A stretch of DNA of 64,000 bases from an uncultured Acidimicrobiales bacterium. Lineage in GTDB: Bacteria > Actinomycetota > Acidimicrobiia > Acidimicrobiales > SZUA-35. Made by a program: the position numbers and the translations under genes. Positions 12,003 through 22,043 of this stretch are shown here, one piece after another. The notes under the pieces were generated by a model. The model made no database searches and had not been told where the DNA came from. It worked only from the letters and a program-made list of their open reading frames with translations. The DNA is taken from assembly GCA_963803875.1 (NCBI GenBank), contig CAWDOA010000009.1:26216-90215 (forward strand). The letters run 5' to 3'. Position 1 is the stretch's first letter. Every line of letters begins with the position of its first letter.

Positions 12003-13475
12003 ATGACAACGACAGAAGATCGCCCTCGCACCCTTGCAGAAGGCGATTACAAAGTGGCCAACATCGACCTTCACGGCGTGGGCCGCAAGCAAATCGAGCT
12101 CGCAGAGCACGAGATGCCGGGGCTGATGTCACTTCGGGCCGAGTTTTACGACGAGCAACCATTAAGAGGCGCTCGCATCATGGGCAGCCTGCACATGACG
12201 GTCCAAACCGCTGTTCTCATCGAAACACTCACGGCGCTCGGTGCACAGGTGCGATGGGTGTCCTGCAACATTTTCTCAACCCAAGACGAAGCCGCGGCCG
12301 CTGTTGTTGTTGGTCCCAACGGGACCACTAATCGACCTGAGGGAGTTGCGTGTTTCGCCTGGAAAGGCGAAACGCTTGAGGAGTATTGGTGGTGTACCGA
12401 CCAGGCGCTGCGGTGGCCAGGCCACGACGGACCCACCCTGATCCTCGATGATGGCGGCGATGCCACGATGTTGGTCCACAAGGGTGCTGAATACGAGGCG
12501 GCAGGGGCAGTTCCCGACGCAACTGAGGACGATCCCGAAGAATGGCATGTCATCATCGATTTGTTGAAGAAGCTGCAGGCCGAGGACAGCACCATCTTCA
12601 GCCGCATGGCCCCCGGAATCCGCGGCGTGTCAGAAGAAACCACCACCGGGGTCAATCGCCTCTACGAGATGAGCAAAAGCGGTGCTCTTCGGTTCCCGGC
12701 TATCAACGTGAACGACGCTGTCACCAAGTCCAAGTTCGACAACAGGTACGGCACCCGCCACAGCTTGCTCGACGGCATCAACCGAGGCACTGATGTGATG
12801 ATCGGGGGCAAGACCGCACTGGTGATGGGGTATGGCGATGTAGGCAAGGGATGCGCCGATGCACTCCGCGGTCAGGGCGCACGCGTCGTCATCACCGAGA
12901 TCGATCCGATCTGTGCTCTTCAGGCTGCGATGGACGGCTACGAGGTGACCACGCTCGAACGTATGCTCGACAAGGCCGACATATTCATCACCTCTACAGG
13001 AAACAAGGACATCATCAGCGCCGAGATGATGGGCATGATGAAACAGGGCGCAATCGTGGGCAACATCGGTCACTTCGACAATGAGATCGATATGGCGGGC
13101 CTGTTCGGTAGCTCCGATATCCAGCGGATCAACATCAAACCTCAGGTCGATGAGTTCCGCTGGCCCAACGGAAAGAGCATCATCGTTCTGTCCGAGGGAC
13201 GGCTTCTGAATCTCGGGAACGCTACCGGGCATCCCAGCTTCGTCATGAGCGCTAGTTTCACCAATCAGGTGTTGGCTCAGATCGAGCTTCACAAGAACGC
13301 AGATAGCTACGATCGGCTGTCGGTGACCACGCTTCCCAAGAAGCTTGACGAGAAGGTGGCTCGCCTCCATCTCGATGCACTTGGAATTCGGCTGACCAAA
13401 CTCACCCAGGAGCAAGCCGATTACATCGGCGTCCCCGTCGACGGGCCCTACAAACCCGATCACTACCGCTACTGA
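12003..13475 (+). CDS. ahcY: adenosylhomocysteinase
   Basis: Start ATG 12003 ([23 protein letters not shown]...). NAD site [10 protein letters not shown] and C-terminal ...PDHYRY. Full-length collinearity with SahH. Confidence 0.95.
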   Translation: MTTTEDRPRTLAEGDYKVANIDLHGVGRKQIELAEHEMPGLMSLRAEFYDEQPLRGARIMGSLHMTVQTAVLIETLTALGAQVRWVSCNIFSTQDEAAAAVVVGPNGTTNRPEGVACFAWKGETLEEYWWCTDQALRWPGHDGPTLILDDGGDATMLVHKGAEYEAAGAVPDATEDDPEEWHVIIDLLKKLQAEDSTIFSRMAPGIRGVSEETTTGVNRLYEMSKSGALRFPAINVNDAVTKSKFDNRYGTRHSLLDGINRGTDVMIGGKTALVMGYGDVGKGCADALRGQGARVVITEIDPICALQAAMDGYEVTTLERMLDKADIFITSTGNKDIISAEMMGMMKQGAIVGNIGHFDNEIDMAGLFGSSDIQRINIKPQVDEFRWPNGKSIIVLSEGRLLNLGNATGHPSFVMSASFTNQVLAQIELHKNADSYDRLSVTTLPKKLDEKVARLHLDALGIRLTKLTQEQADYIGVPVDGPYKPDHYRY

Positions 13476-13785
13476 GTTGTCCCTCCGGGGGCCTCTTTGC
13501 TCGCCTTCGTGCCTTCCTGTTCGTGTTCTCGCGCTGCTTCCCTCGTTCCTCGGTCGGCTTCGCTTCACGAACCCGGCACTTCGGGTCGCTCCGGGACGGG
13601 TTGTCCTTCCGGGGGCCTCTTTGCTCGCCTTCGTGCCTTCCTGTTCGTGTTCTCGCGCTGCTTCCCTCGTTCCTCGGTCGGCTTCGCTTCACGAACCCGG
13701 CACTTCGGGTCGCTCCGGGACGGGTTGTCCTTCCGGGGGCCTCTTTGCTCGCCTTCGTGCCTTCCTGTTCGTGTTCTCGCGCTGC
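13476..13785. repeat. 124-bp tandem repeat, 2.5 copies (pyrimidine-rich on + strand)
   Basis: Units start at 13476, 13600 and 13724 (gttgtcc[c/t]tccgggggcctctttgctcgccttcgtgccttcctgttcgtgttctcgcgctgc...). Near-identical copies; the third is truncated at about 13785. Confidence 0.9.
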
Positions 13786-13800
13786 AGTCGCCTGCAGCGC
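13779..13800 (+). terminator. 9-bp perfect hairpin at the end of the tandem array (possible ahcY terminator)
   Basis: gcgctgcag-tcgc-ctgcagcgc. No U-tract follows. Confidence 0.3.
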
Positions 13801-13869
13801 GCCCGTTCCACGGAGGTTCCTAGCGTTGCGGGTTCCTTTCGGTGTGATGTTCTTGGGGCGTGCTAACCG

Positions 13870-14349
13870 ATGAGCACGATCTCTGCCATTTTCTTGGCGT
13901 TCGTACTCGGAATTGCATCCTTCGCCAAAGCAAGCGACATCGCCCAAACCCGCAGCGGGTTCGTCGATCTGGGTCTTCCCCGAGCGGGATTGTTGGCCTG
14001 GGCCGTACCAGCGATGGAGGCGGCTGTCGCAGTACTGCTGTTGGTAACACCTGGCTGGGGGGGAGTCGCCGCATTCGCTCTGCTGAGTGGTTTCACCGTG
14101 GTGCTCGTTCTTACCATCGGATCTGGGCGGATCGTTCCGTGTCGATGTTTTGGTGGTACCACCAGCGATCCAGTGTCTTGGGGGCAGGTTGCGCGAAATG
14201 TCTGGCTTCTGTGCCATGCGACCGTTGCATCCCTGGCGACGTCGTTGGCGCGTCCGACCTTGCTCGAGCTGGTCATAGGAGGCGCGAGTATTGGAGTTGG
14301 CCCGATTGTCATTTCCTACATCGACGCTCGGTTTAGAGTCACAACATGA
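13870..14349 (+). CDS. MauE/DoxX-family membrane protein
   Basis: 159 aa, 4 TM, with conserved ...GRIVPCRCFGG... as in methylamine-utilisation MauE-like proteins. Confidence 0.65.
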   Translation: MSTISAIFLAFVLGIASFAKASDIAQTRSGFVDLGLPRAGLLAWAVPAMEAAVAVLLLVTPGWGGVAAFALLSGFTVVLVLTIGSGRIVPCRCFGGTTSDPVSWGQVARNVWLLCHATVASLATSLARPTLLELVIGGASIGVGPIVISYIDARFRVTT

Positions 14350-14519
14350 GCTGGCGTCTCACACTCGTAGCCCTAGCGTTGGTGGCCGGCGCTTCGTGCG
14401 GTGTCGGCAGTGATGCGGAGGACCCGACAAACCAGCCTGATGTCACCGTGCTGGGAACAACGGTGGCGACCGGGCAGCCTCGGCCCACTATTGGTTCAGC
14501 GGTCTCTACCGAGCGCTGA
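14346..14519 (+). CDS. small putative lipoprotein (57 aa)
   Basis: Not in the ORF track (<60 aa). ATGA start/stop overlap with the MauE-like gene. MSWRLTLVALALVAGASCGVGSD... is a signal peptide with a lipobox (AGASC). Confidence 0.4.
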   Translation: MSWRLTLVALALVAGASCGVGSDAEDPTNQPDVTVLGTTVATGQPRPTIGSAVSTER

Positions 14520-14534
14520 CCGGAGCGACCATGA

Positions 14535-15155
14535 TCAAGCTCGCACGGCTAGAGCGGCTGCGACGATGTCTATCCCCGGTGCGTTGTGTCTGAGCAACCG
14601 GGCGGCGGTGCTAACGCTTGCTCCGGTCGTGATGACGTCGTCGATGAGGAGTATCTGCTCGCGCTGGGGCTGTGTGAGCCAGGCGCCCCGCACCCCAAGC
14701 CTCGGCCCTTCGAGTCGGACAGAGCGAGAGCCGCCGAATTGACCTCGTCCGAAACGGACAAACGCCGCCGCTACCGGCACCTGCAGTTCCTGACCTACAC
14801 GCGTCGCCAGTATTCTGCCCTGATCGAAACCTCGACGTCGTCGCCCTCGGGGGCTGGGCGGAATCCACGTGATGACCGAAGCGCTCCGGGCGTAGGGTCT
14901 CAGTTGTTGGGCCAGAGGCAGGGCAAGACGCTTCATCAGCTTGCTTCCTCCCAGGCTCTTGGCTGCGGTAACAAGGGGCGCTGTCGTCTCGTCGTAGCGC
15001 CACAAAACCACGGTTTGGTCCACCGCCGACACCGTCGTCGGCGGAGCCGGGGTGAGTGCCGCACCGCAGGGCATACAGATCAGCCTCAGACTTGGGTGAC
15101 GGCACCGACGATCGATTGCCCGACCACAGACCGGGCAACGAACCATCAACAACAT
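14535..15155 (-). CDS. comF: ComF family phosphoribosyltransferase-domain protein
   Basis: N-terminal Cys pairs (CPVCG...CMPCG) and C-terminal PRTase loop LLIDDVITTGASV. Confidence 0.8.
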   Translation of the reverse strand: MLLMVRCPVCGRAIDRRCRHPSLRLICMPCGAALTPAPPTTVSAVDQTVVLWRYDETTAPLVTAAKSLGGSKLMKRLALPLAQQLRPYARSASVITWIPPSPRGRRRRGFDQGRILATRVGQELQVPVAAAFVRFGRGQFGGSRSVRLEGPRLGVRGAWLTQPQREQILLIDDVITTGASVSTAARLLRHNAPGIDIVAAALAVRA

Positions 15156-15185
15156 AAACGTAAACTAGCGTAAGTATACGAATCC

Positions 15186-15824
15186 GTGAACATGTGTAAG
15201 GCCGCGGTGCAAAGTGTCCGATACTCCTTCGTGTCCGATTCAACAGTCACGGTTGCTCTGTGTGAAGACCACGAGGTGTATCGCCGCGAGCTGATGACAG
15301 CGCTTGAGAGTGACACCGACATCGTGGTTGTCGCCGAGGCCGAACTGCCCGGTGGCCTCGGCCCCATCATCTCAGACCATCCACCCGATGTGATCGTCGT
15401 CGACCTGACCCCTTCGAAGGGAGACCCGATCGAGATCATCAAAACCCTGCGCACTCACATGCCCGATTCAGCTGTCCTCGCCGTCGGCGGACCAAACGAC
15501 GATCTGGCCCCAGCTCTACTTGCGGGTGCACTGGGCGCCGTCGACAAGAACATCGCACTCGACATGGGCGGCCTCATCGTTCATGCACTGGCTTCGGGAA
15601 AGCTCTTCCTGGACCGGAGGGCAGCGCAATCGCTCCTTCGAGCTCTGCACGCCCATCCCCGTCGCACTTCGATACCGCAAACACAGCTCGAACTGGTTGA
15701 CGCGCTCGCCCAAGTGGCAACCATCGCAGAACTCGGAAGAGACAGCTTCGCTGGGGCCAAGAACGAACGCGAACTTGTAGCCCTTCTGTCCACGCTCCGA
15801 GCAACCCGATCCACAGACGGCTAG
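15186..15824 (+). CDS. orphan response regulator (receiver domain plus degenerate NarL/LuxR-like C-terminus)
   Basis: VALCEDHEVYRREL...PDVIVVDLTP...AVLAV is a receiver pattern. The C-terminal HTH is weak. Start uncertain (15186, 15192 or GTG 15231). Confidence 0.6.
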   Translation: MNMCKAAVQSVRYSFVSDSTVTVALCEDHEVYRRELMTALESDTDIVVVAEAELPGGLGPIISDHPPDVIVVDLTPSKGDPIEIIKTLRTHMPDSAVLAVGGPNDDLAPALLAGALGAVDKNIALDMGGLIVHALASGKLFLDRRAAQSLLRALHAHPRRTSIPQTQLELVDALAQVATIAELGRDSFAGAKNERELVALLSTLRATRSTDG

Positions 15825-15926
15825 CGCCGGTCACGTTCAGTTGTTCAGGTCCTCGTACCGACACCTTGGGGTTCCCCGACATGTGAGCCAGGGGCTCGGT
15901 TCGGTGAGGATAGGCTTGTTCCGGCT

Positions 15927-18671
15927 ATGAAGCTCTTCGACAAGATTCTCAAAGCGGGCGACGGAAAACGCCTGAAGACGATCCAATCAGTGGTTGCACC
16001 CGTCAACGCGCTCGAACCTGAGTTCGAAGCGATGAGCGACACTGATCTCCAAGCAAAGACCGGGGAGTTCCGCAACCGGCTCGACAACGGCGAGTCTCTC
16101 GACGACCTCGTGGTCGAGGCCTTTGCCGTAACTCGCGAGGCTGCCAAACGAGTCTTCGGGCAACGTCCTTACGACGTCCAGCTGATGGGCGGGGCTGCCC
16201 TTCATTTCGGTTGGGTGGCAGAAATGAAGACCGGTGAAGGCAAGACCCTTGTTTCCACCCTTCCGGTCTATCTCAACGCTCTCGCCGGACAGGGCGTGCA
16301 CCAGATAACGGTCAACGAGTACCTGGCCTCACGTGATGCCGAGTGGATGGGGTCGCTCCACAAATGGCTCGGGCTTAGGGTTGGGTTGGTCGTGCCTGGA
16401 ATGCCCAGCGGGCCGAACAAGAAGGCACAATACGACGCCGATATCACTTACGGAACCAACAACGAGTTCGGCTTCGACTATCTGCGTGACAACATGGCAC
16501 GCGACCGTGCCAGCATGGTGCAGCGAGGCCACCACTACGCCATCGTCGACGAGATCGACTCGATCCTCATCGACGAAGCCCGTACCCCGCTGATCATCAG
16601 CGGCAAGGTGAAGGGTGCGGCAGATCTCTACGATCGTTTCTCCCAAATCGCTGGTCGATTGCGACCCGACGACGACTACGAGGTTGACGAAGAGAAGCGG
16701 CTGGTCACCGTTACCGAGGAAGGGATCAACACTGTTGAAGCGGCTCTTGGGATCGAGAACCTCTACGACGGAGTGCAGGGAGATCTCGTACATCATCTGA
16801 ACCAGGCGCTGCGGGCCAAAGAGCTGTTCAAACGCGACAAGGACTACCTGATCCAAGACGGCGAGGTGAAAATCGTCGACGAGTTCACCGGCCGCGTCCT
16901 TGAAGGCCGACGTTGGTCGGATGGTCTGCATCAGGCAGTCGAGTCCAAGGAGGGCGTCGCCATCAACGATGAACAGCAGACGATGGCGACAGTCACTTTG
17001 CAGAACTATTTCCGTTTGTACGAAAAGCTTTCAGGAATGACAGGCACGGCTCAATCAGACGCCGCCGAGCTCGAAACAACCTACAAATTGCCGGTTGTGT
17101 CGATCCCTACCAACATGCCACTCATCCGTAAGGATGAAGCTGACTTCATATACAAGAACGAAGTCGGCAAATACGAAGCGATCGTCGCAGACGTCGAAGA
17201 ACGGGTGAAGCAAGGACAACCGATTCTTGTTGGAACCGCCTCGGTGGAAAAATCTGAGAAGATCAGTCAACTCTTCGATGAAAACCGAATCGAGCACGAG
17301 GTACTCAACGCCAAGCAACACTTCCGGGAAGCCGACATCGTGGCCCAGGCAGGTGCTCCTGGGGCAGTCACCGTGGCTACGAACATGGCGGGGCGAGGGG
17401 TCGACATCGTGCTGGGTGGAAATCCTGAGAAGTTGGCCGAACGTGACACCAAGGCTGAGGGTCTCGAATTGGGCACCGACGATTGGGATGCCTACTACCA
17501 GAAGCGGATGGACTACTGGATCCCAATCTGCGCAGAGCGACGAGAACTCGTCGAAGCAGCAGGCGGCCTCTACGTGCTGGCAACCGAGCGCCACGAATCC
17601 CGACGAATCGACAATCAGCTCCGAGGCCGTTCCGGCCGCCAGGGCGAGCCGGGTGAAAGTCGCTTCTACCTCAGCCTCGACGATGATCTGATGCGCATCT
17701 TTGCCAGCGGCACCCTCAGTGGGGTGATGGACCGGGCCATGCCCGACGACGTTCCGATCGAGTCCAAGATGGTGTCCAAATCAGTTGAGCGGGCTCAAAC
17801 CACCGTCGAGCAGCGCAACGCTGAAACCCGCAAGAACGTCCTGAAGTACGACGAGGTCTTCAACCAACAGCGGAAAATCATTTACGGTCGGCGGCTCCAG
17901 CTGATGGATCAGGGCGATCTCCGAGACGAGACACTCGAGGCAATCGAGACCACCGCCCAGGGACTCGTTTCTACCCACTGCGCCGAGAATCTGGATGACA
18001 CTTGGGATCTCGAGGGGCTCATCACCGACACCAAGCAGTTCTGGCCAACCGAGTTGACTCACGATGACTTGATTGACGCCGACGGTCTTGCAGGCCTCAC
18101 CGAGCGGCTCGCTGAAGATGCGATCGCGATTTATGAAGAGCGCGAGGCCGAGATGGGTGCCGATGTGATGCGGCAGGTCGAGAACCAGATCATGCTTCAG
18201 CTGATCGATCAGCGGTGGCGAGAGCACCTCACTGAAATGGATCAACTGCGGCAGGGCATCGGCCTTCGTGCGATGGGCCAACGCGACCCTCTCACCGAAT
18301 TCCAGCGGGAAGGTTTCGACATGTTCGCCGGCATGATGGCGGCGCTACAGAACGATTTCGTCCGCTACGTCATGCACGTCCAGCTGGTGGAGAAATCTCC
18401 ACCGCAGGAGAGCAAGGCTCCAGAGGATGCTCCGTTCCCCAAAGCCGTCGGCGCCGTGGCGGCAAAGGGATTGAACGCACCGGTGCCCACAGCCACCGAC
18501 GTGCACGCAGAGAAAGCCGACGCCGATAGCGGAGCCAAGCCGGGACAACCGCCGGAACCAGAGCGTGTGAACAAGCCAAAAGTGAACGACGAATGGGCCA
18601 ACACCGGTCGCAACGAACCATGCCCGTGCGGTAGCGAAAAGAAGTACAAGAAGTGCCATGGGGCCAGGTAA
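15927..18671 (+). CDS. secA: preprotein translocase ATPase SecA
   Basis: 914 aa. MKTGEGKTL Walker A, DEIDSILIDEARTPLIIS, C-terminal zinc finger CPCGSEKKYKKCHG. Confidence 0.98.
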   Translation: MKLFDKILKAGDGKRLKTIQSVVAPVNALEPEFEAMSDTDLQAKTGEFRNRLDNGESLDDLVVEAFAVTREAAKRVFGQRPYDVQLMGGAALHFGWVAEMKTGEGKTLVSTLPVYLNALAGQGVHQITVNEYLASRDAEWMGSLHKWLGLRVGLVVPGMPSGPNKKAQYDADITYGTNNEFGFDYLRDNMARDRASMVQRGHHYAIVDEIDSILIDEARTPLIISGKVKGAADLYDRFSQIAGRLRPDDDYEVDEEKRLVTVTEEGINTVEAALGIENLYDGVQGDLVHHLNQALRAKELFKRDKDYLIQDGEVKIVDEFTGRVLEGRRWSDGLHQAVESKEGVAINDEQQTMATVTLQNYFRLYEKLSGMTGTAQSDAAELETTYKLPVVSIPTNMPLIRKDEADFIYKNEVGKYEAIVADVEERVKQGQPILVGTASVEKSEKISQLFDENRIEHEVLNAKQHFREADIVAQAGAPGAVTVATNMAGRGVDIVLGGNPEKLAERDTKAEGLELGTDDWDAYYQKRMDYWIPICAERRELVEAAGGLYVLATERHESRRIDNQLRGRSGRQGEPGESRFYLSLDDDLMRIFASGTLSGVMDRAMPDDVPIESKMVSKSVERAQTTVEQRNAETRKNVLKYDEVFNQQRKIIYGRRLQLMDQGDLRDETLEAIETTAQGLVSTHCAENLDDTWDLEGLITDTKQFWPTELTHDDLIDADGLAGLTERLAEDAIAIYEEREAEMGADVMRQVENQIMLQLIDQRWREHLTEMDQLRQGIGLRAMGQRDPLTEFQREGFDMFAGMMAALQNDFVRYVMHVQLVEKSPPQESKAPEDAPFPKAVGAVAAKGLNAPVPTATDVHAEKADADSGAKPGQPPEPERVNKPKVNDEWANTGRNEPCPCGSEKKYKKCHGAR

Positions 18672-18674
18672 GTC

Positions 18675-19772
18675 GTGGCTGATATCGATGATGTCATTCA
18701 GGAATTGCGTCGAGACCTGGACGAGGCCGACGAGTACCTGAAGATCGAGCGCCTGAAGGCTCGGCTTCCTCAGCTGGAAACAGAAATGGGACGCCCCGAT
18801 CTTTGGGATGACTCCGAACGCGCCCGGGAGGTTCAGACCGAGTTCACCTCGGTGAAGAGTGACCTTGACCTTTACGACGAACTAGGCGGTCACGTCGATG
18901 ACCTCGAGGCCCTTGTGGAGTTGGCGGCGGAGGAAGGCGATGGTTCCCTCGACGTTGAAATCACCGAGCTTTCCGAAAGTCTGACTCACCAGTTCGCTCA
19001 ACTCGAACTCCGAGCCTTGTTCACCGGCGAATACGACCAGGGCGATGCCGTGTGCGAAATTCACAGCGGCGCAGGCGGAACCGATAGCCAGGACTGGGCT
19101 GAGATGCTCTACAAGATGTACGAGCGATGGGCCAAGAACAAAGGCTTTTCGATTGAGGTTGACGACTGGCAGGAGGGTGCCGAGGCCGGGATCACCACCG
19201 CAGTGTTCAATATCCGTGGACGGTATGCCTACGGTCTTCTTCAAGCCGAACGCGGCGTTCATCGGCTCGTTCGGATCTCGCCATTCGACCAACAAGCTCG
19301 TCGGCACACCGCTTTCGCCAGCTTTTCGGTATGGCCCGATGTGGAAGAGAGTGCTCAGACCATCGACATCCCCGACAAGGACCTCCGGGTTGATGTCTTT
19401 CGATCTTCCGGTGCGGGTGGCCAGCACGTCAACACCACCGATTCGGCGGTGCGGATCACGCATCTCCCTACCGGCACGGTTGTCTCCTCCCAGGACGAGC
19501 GGAGTCAGCATCAGAACCGAGAAACGTGCATGAAGAAGCTCACGGTGCGGCTCCTCGAGCTGGAACGGCAGAAGCGAGAAGATGAACTAGCCGCCGAAGC
19601 GGGGGAATCAAAGAGCACCGAGTGGGGCAGTCAGATCCGCAGCTACGTGCTCCAGCCTTATGAACAAGTGAAAGATGAGCGAAGCGGCCTAACGTCTGGC
19701 AACCCCAAGGGTGTTCTCGACGGCGACGTGGAACCGTTCATGGAAGCCTGGCTCCGCTGGCGTCGTCACTGA
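18675..19772 (+). CDS. prfB: peptide chain release factor 2
   Basis: 365 aa, GTG start. SPF-type region and GGQ motif (SGAGGQHVNTTDSAVR). One uninterrupted ORF with no programmed +1 frameshift site. Confidence 0.95.
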   Translation: MADIDDVIQELRRDLDEADEYLKIERLKARLPQLETEMGRPDLWDDSERAREVQTEFTSVKSDLDLYDELGGHVDDLEALVELAAEEGDGSLDVEITELSESLTHQFAQLELRALFTGEYDQGDAVCEIHSGAGGTDSQDWAEMLYKMYERWAKNKGFSIEVDDWQEGAEAGITTAVFNIRGRYAYGLLQAERGVHRLVRISPFDQQARRHTAFASFSVWPDVEESAQTIDIPDKDLRVDVFRSSGAGGQHVNTTDSAVRITHLPTGTVVSSQDERSQHQNRETCMKKLTVRLLELERQKREDELAAEAGESKSTEWGSQIRSYVLQPYEQVKDERSGLTSGNPKGVLDGDVEPFMEAWLRWRRH

Positions 19773-19799
19773 GTCTTCCCCGCCAGTGGGCCGTTTTCG

Positions 19800-20030
19800 C
19801 CAACTCGTCGGCCCTGGCGGCCTTCGGAGTTGCTGGAGGTTCCGCTGGCATCGCCCGTTTCTCCGGCCCCCGGCGTTCTCACTCGGCGGGCCGGCTCCTT
19901 CGTCGCGTTGCACCGTGTCGCTTCACGGCTCATCCTTGGTTGGTCTCGAACCAGGTCGAAAGGTCGCTTTGTGGTCCTTGCGAAACTCGGCTCGCAAGGC
20001 ATCCTCGGCTTTGGGCGCGCTGGCGGTTTG
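19800..20030. repeat. degenerate members of the pyrimidine-rich intergenic repeat family
   Basis: Shares short blocks with the other loci (gttctcactcggcggg, gtcgcttcacgg, ccttcgg). Non-coding spacer between convergent prfB and the potD-like gene. Confidence 0.35.
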
Positions 20031-20033
20031 TGC

Positions 20034-20067
20034 GGGTCTGACCCTTCCTTTTGGAAGGGTCAGACCC
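20034..20067. terminator. 15-bp perfect hairpin between convergent genes (bidirectional terminator candidate)
   Basis: gggtctgacccttcc-tttt-ggaagggtcagaccc, 17 nt downstream of the potD-like stop. Confidence 0.6.
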
Positions 20068-20083
20068 CTGTCAGACCGTGTTG

Positions 20084-21211
20084 TTAGCCTTTGGCTTTGG
20101 TGAAGGCATCGGAGTAGTTGGTCTCGAATTCGCCGGTGTCGGCGATTGATTCCACGCTGTCGAGTCCGCCCACCAGCACCTCCGGGGAGGTGATGAAGGC
20201 ACGAAGCTCTTCGTCCAGACCATCGACTGCGGCGCCGTTGGGAGTTCCGTAGTAGTTCCAGTTCGAAAGCGTGGCGCCTTGTTCTCCATCGAGCAGCCAG
20301 TTGATGAACGTGTGAGCCGTGCAGGGATGGGGCGCATCGAAAGCTACGGCCATGTTGTCCACCCAGCGAGTCCCTCCTTCTTCGGGAACAAAGAAGACAT
20401 AGTCCTCGGGATTGTCGGTTCCGAGGAACTGGGTGAATGCGTCGCCGGAATAGACATGTCCGATCACACTCTCACCGCTGGTGAGCAACTCGTCGGAGGA
20501 GTCGGTGTTGAACGCCAACAAGTTGTCGCGGGCACCGGCAATCACAGCTTCGGCTTCGGCGAGCTCACCCTCGTCAGTTGAATTGAGCGAATACCCCAAC
20601 GACTTGAGAGCTGCACCCAATGTCTCCCGTGGGTCGTTGAGCAACGTAATCTTTCCCTTGTAAGCATCGGCTGCATCGCCGAACACGAGGTCCCATGATC
20701 GAGGGAAGTCGGTGCCGACCACGGCAGTATTTACACCGAGACCCGTGAAACCCCACTGGTAGGGGACCGAGTACTTCTGTTCGGGGTCATAGCTCGGGTT
20801 GGCGAACTCGGACGAGATGTTGCTCGCATTTGGGATGACATCAAAGTTAAGCGGCTGGATGAAGCCGCCATCGATCATGATTCCCACCATGTAGTCAGAC
20901 GGAACGATCACGTCGTAGCCCGAACTGCCGGCTGCGATGATTGGCTGCATCGCCTCGTTGGAGTCGTAAACATCCATCGTCACATCGATGCCGAACTCGT
21001 CGCCGAACGCTTGTAGGTGATCGGGGTCGATGTATTCGGCCCAGTTGTACAGCGCCAGGTTGCCGTCGACCTCACCTACCTCGCACGAGCCAGCGCTGGA
21101 TTCCTCGCTGTCGCTCCCGCACGCCCCGGCAATGAGGGCGATAACGGCTATCACCCCGAGCCATCTCAATATTGTCGATTCCTGCATAAGTTTCTTCCTT
21201 TGGTTGCTCAA
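20084..21211 (-). CDS. ABC transporter substrate-binding lipoprotein, spermidine/putrescine (PotD/PotF-like) family
   Basis: 375 aa. Signal peptide with lipobox (LIAGACGSD) and PotD-type periplasmic binding fold pattern (LYNWAEYI..., VPSDY). Confidence 0.8.
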   Translation of the reverse strand: MSNQRKKLMQESTILRWLGVIAVIALIAGACGSDSEESSAGSCEVGEVDGNLALYNWAEYIDPDHLQAFGDEFGIDVTMDVYDSNEAMQPIIAAGSSGYDVIVPSDYMVGIMIDGGFIQPLNFDVIPNASNISSEFANPSYDPEQKYSVPYQWGFTGLGVNTAVVGTDFPRSWDLVFGDAADAYKGKITLLNDPRETLGAALKSLGYSLNSTDEGELAEAEAVIAGARDNLLAFNTDSSDELLTSGESVIGHVYSGDAFTQFLGTDNPEDYVFFVPEEGGTRWVDNMAVAFDAPHPCTAHTFINWLLDGEQGATLSNWNYYGTPNGAAVDGLDEELRAFITSPEVLVGGLDSVESIADTGEFETNYSDAFTKAKG

Positions 21212-21224
21212 TATATTTGTCGAT

Positions 21225-22043
21225 CTAGGCGACGCCGCCGCCCCGTGTCCTCTGGGCGATCAGGGAGATCGCAACCAGAGTGGTGGAGGCAACGAGCATC
21301 ACAACACTGACCGCGTTGATGAGCGGCGTAACGCCTCGGCGAATCAGGCCGAAGACAAACACTGGCAGTGTGGTCCAACCTGGTCCAGCCACGAATTGGG
21401 TGATAACGACATCGTCGAGCGACAGCGTAAACGCCAATAGTGCGCCTCCCAGGATGCCCGGCATGATCATCGGCAAGGTCACGAAGCGGAACGACTGCCA
21501 TCGGGACGCGTAGAGGTCCATGGCAGCTTCCTCCAGTCGGTTGTCGCTTCCGGCGAGTCGGGCTCGAACGACGACCGATACGAAGCTGATACTGAACGCG
21601 ATGTGAGAAAGGGTGATCGTGGCGAAACCCTTCGAGAGGCCTAGCCAACCGGCAACTTGGGAGAAGAACAGCAACATCATCACCGCCATGGTGACATCGG
21701 GAATGATGATCGGCAGATACAGCAGTGCGTCGAAGACCTGCTTGCCTCGAAACGTGAATCGTTCCAGAGCGAGCGCTCCCAGAGTTCCCAACACGACCGA
21801 GACCAGGGTTGAGACAACCGCTATCTGGATAGAGGTCCACACCGCATCCTTTGTTGGCTCGCTGTCGGCGAACTCTCGATACCAATCGAGGGTGAACCCT
21901 CCCCACACACCGACGTTTCGGTTGGCACTGAAGGAGAAGACCACCAGCAGAAGAATCGGTGCATAGAAGAAGAAGTAGACCAACCAGGCGTTGGCAGAAA
22001 GCAAGAACTTGGTCGCTCCCCGAGGTTCAGTAATCCCGCTCAC
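21225..22043 (-). CDS. ABC transporter permease (PotC-like)
   Basis: 272 aa, 6 TM, with an EAA-type loop (EEAAMDLYASRWQSFRFVTLP). Confidence 0.85.
   Translation of the reverse strand: MSGITEPRGATKFLLSANAWLVYFFFYAPILLLVVFSFSANRNVGVWGGFTLDWYREFADSEPTKDAVWTSIQIAVVSTLVSVVLGTLGALALERFTFRGKQVFDALLYLPIIIPDVTMAVMMLLFFSQVAGWLGLSKGFATITLSHIAFSISFVSVVVRARLAGSDNRLEEAAMDLYASRWQSFRFVTLPMIMPGILGGALLAFTLSLDDVVITQFVAGPGWTTLPVFVFGLIRRGVTPLINAVSVVMLVASTTLVAISLIAQRTRGGGVA

Noticed and set aside
13476-13785. Possible CRISPR array
   Set aside because: The repeats are 124 bp and directly abutting, with no unique spacers. No cas genes are in the window.
13402-14217. 271-aa minus-strand ORF, with companion + strand ORFs at 13477-13873, spanning the ahcY downstream region
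   Set aside because: Their sequences are translations of the 124-bp tandem repeat, with repeated low-complexity R/E/G or S/L/P strings. They overlap the well-supported MauE-like gene. No start context or family resemblance.
18675-19772. Programmed +1 frameshift site in prfB
   Set aside because: RF2 is encoded as one uninterrupted 365-aa ORF. There is no early in-frame TGA with an upstream SD-like element.
21208-21906. 232-aa minus-strand ORF overlapping the PotC-like permease in another frame
   Set aside because: The in-frame permease ORF (21225-22043) has TM helices and the EAA loop. The alternative frame is Arg/Pro-rich nonsense.
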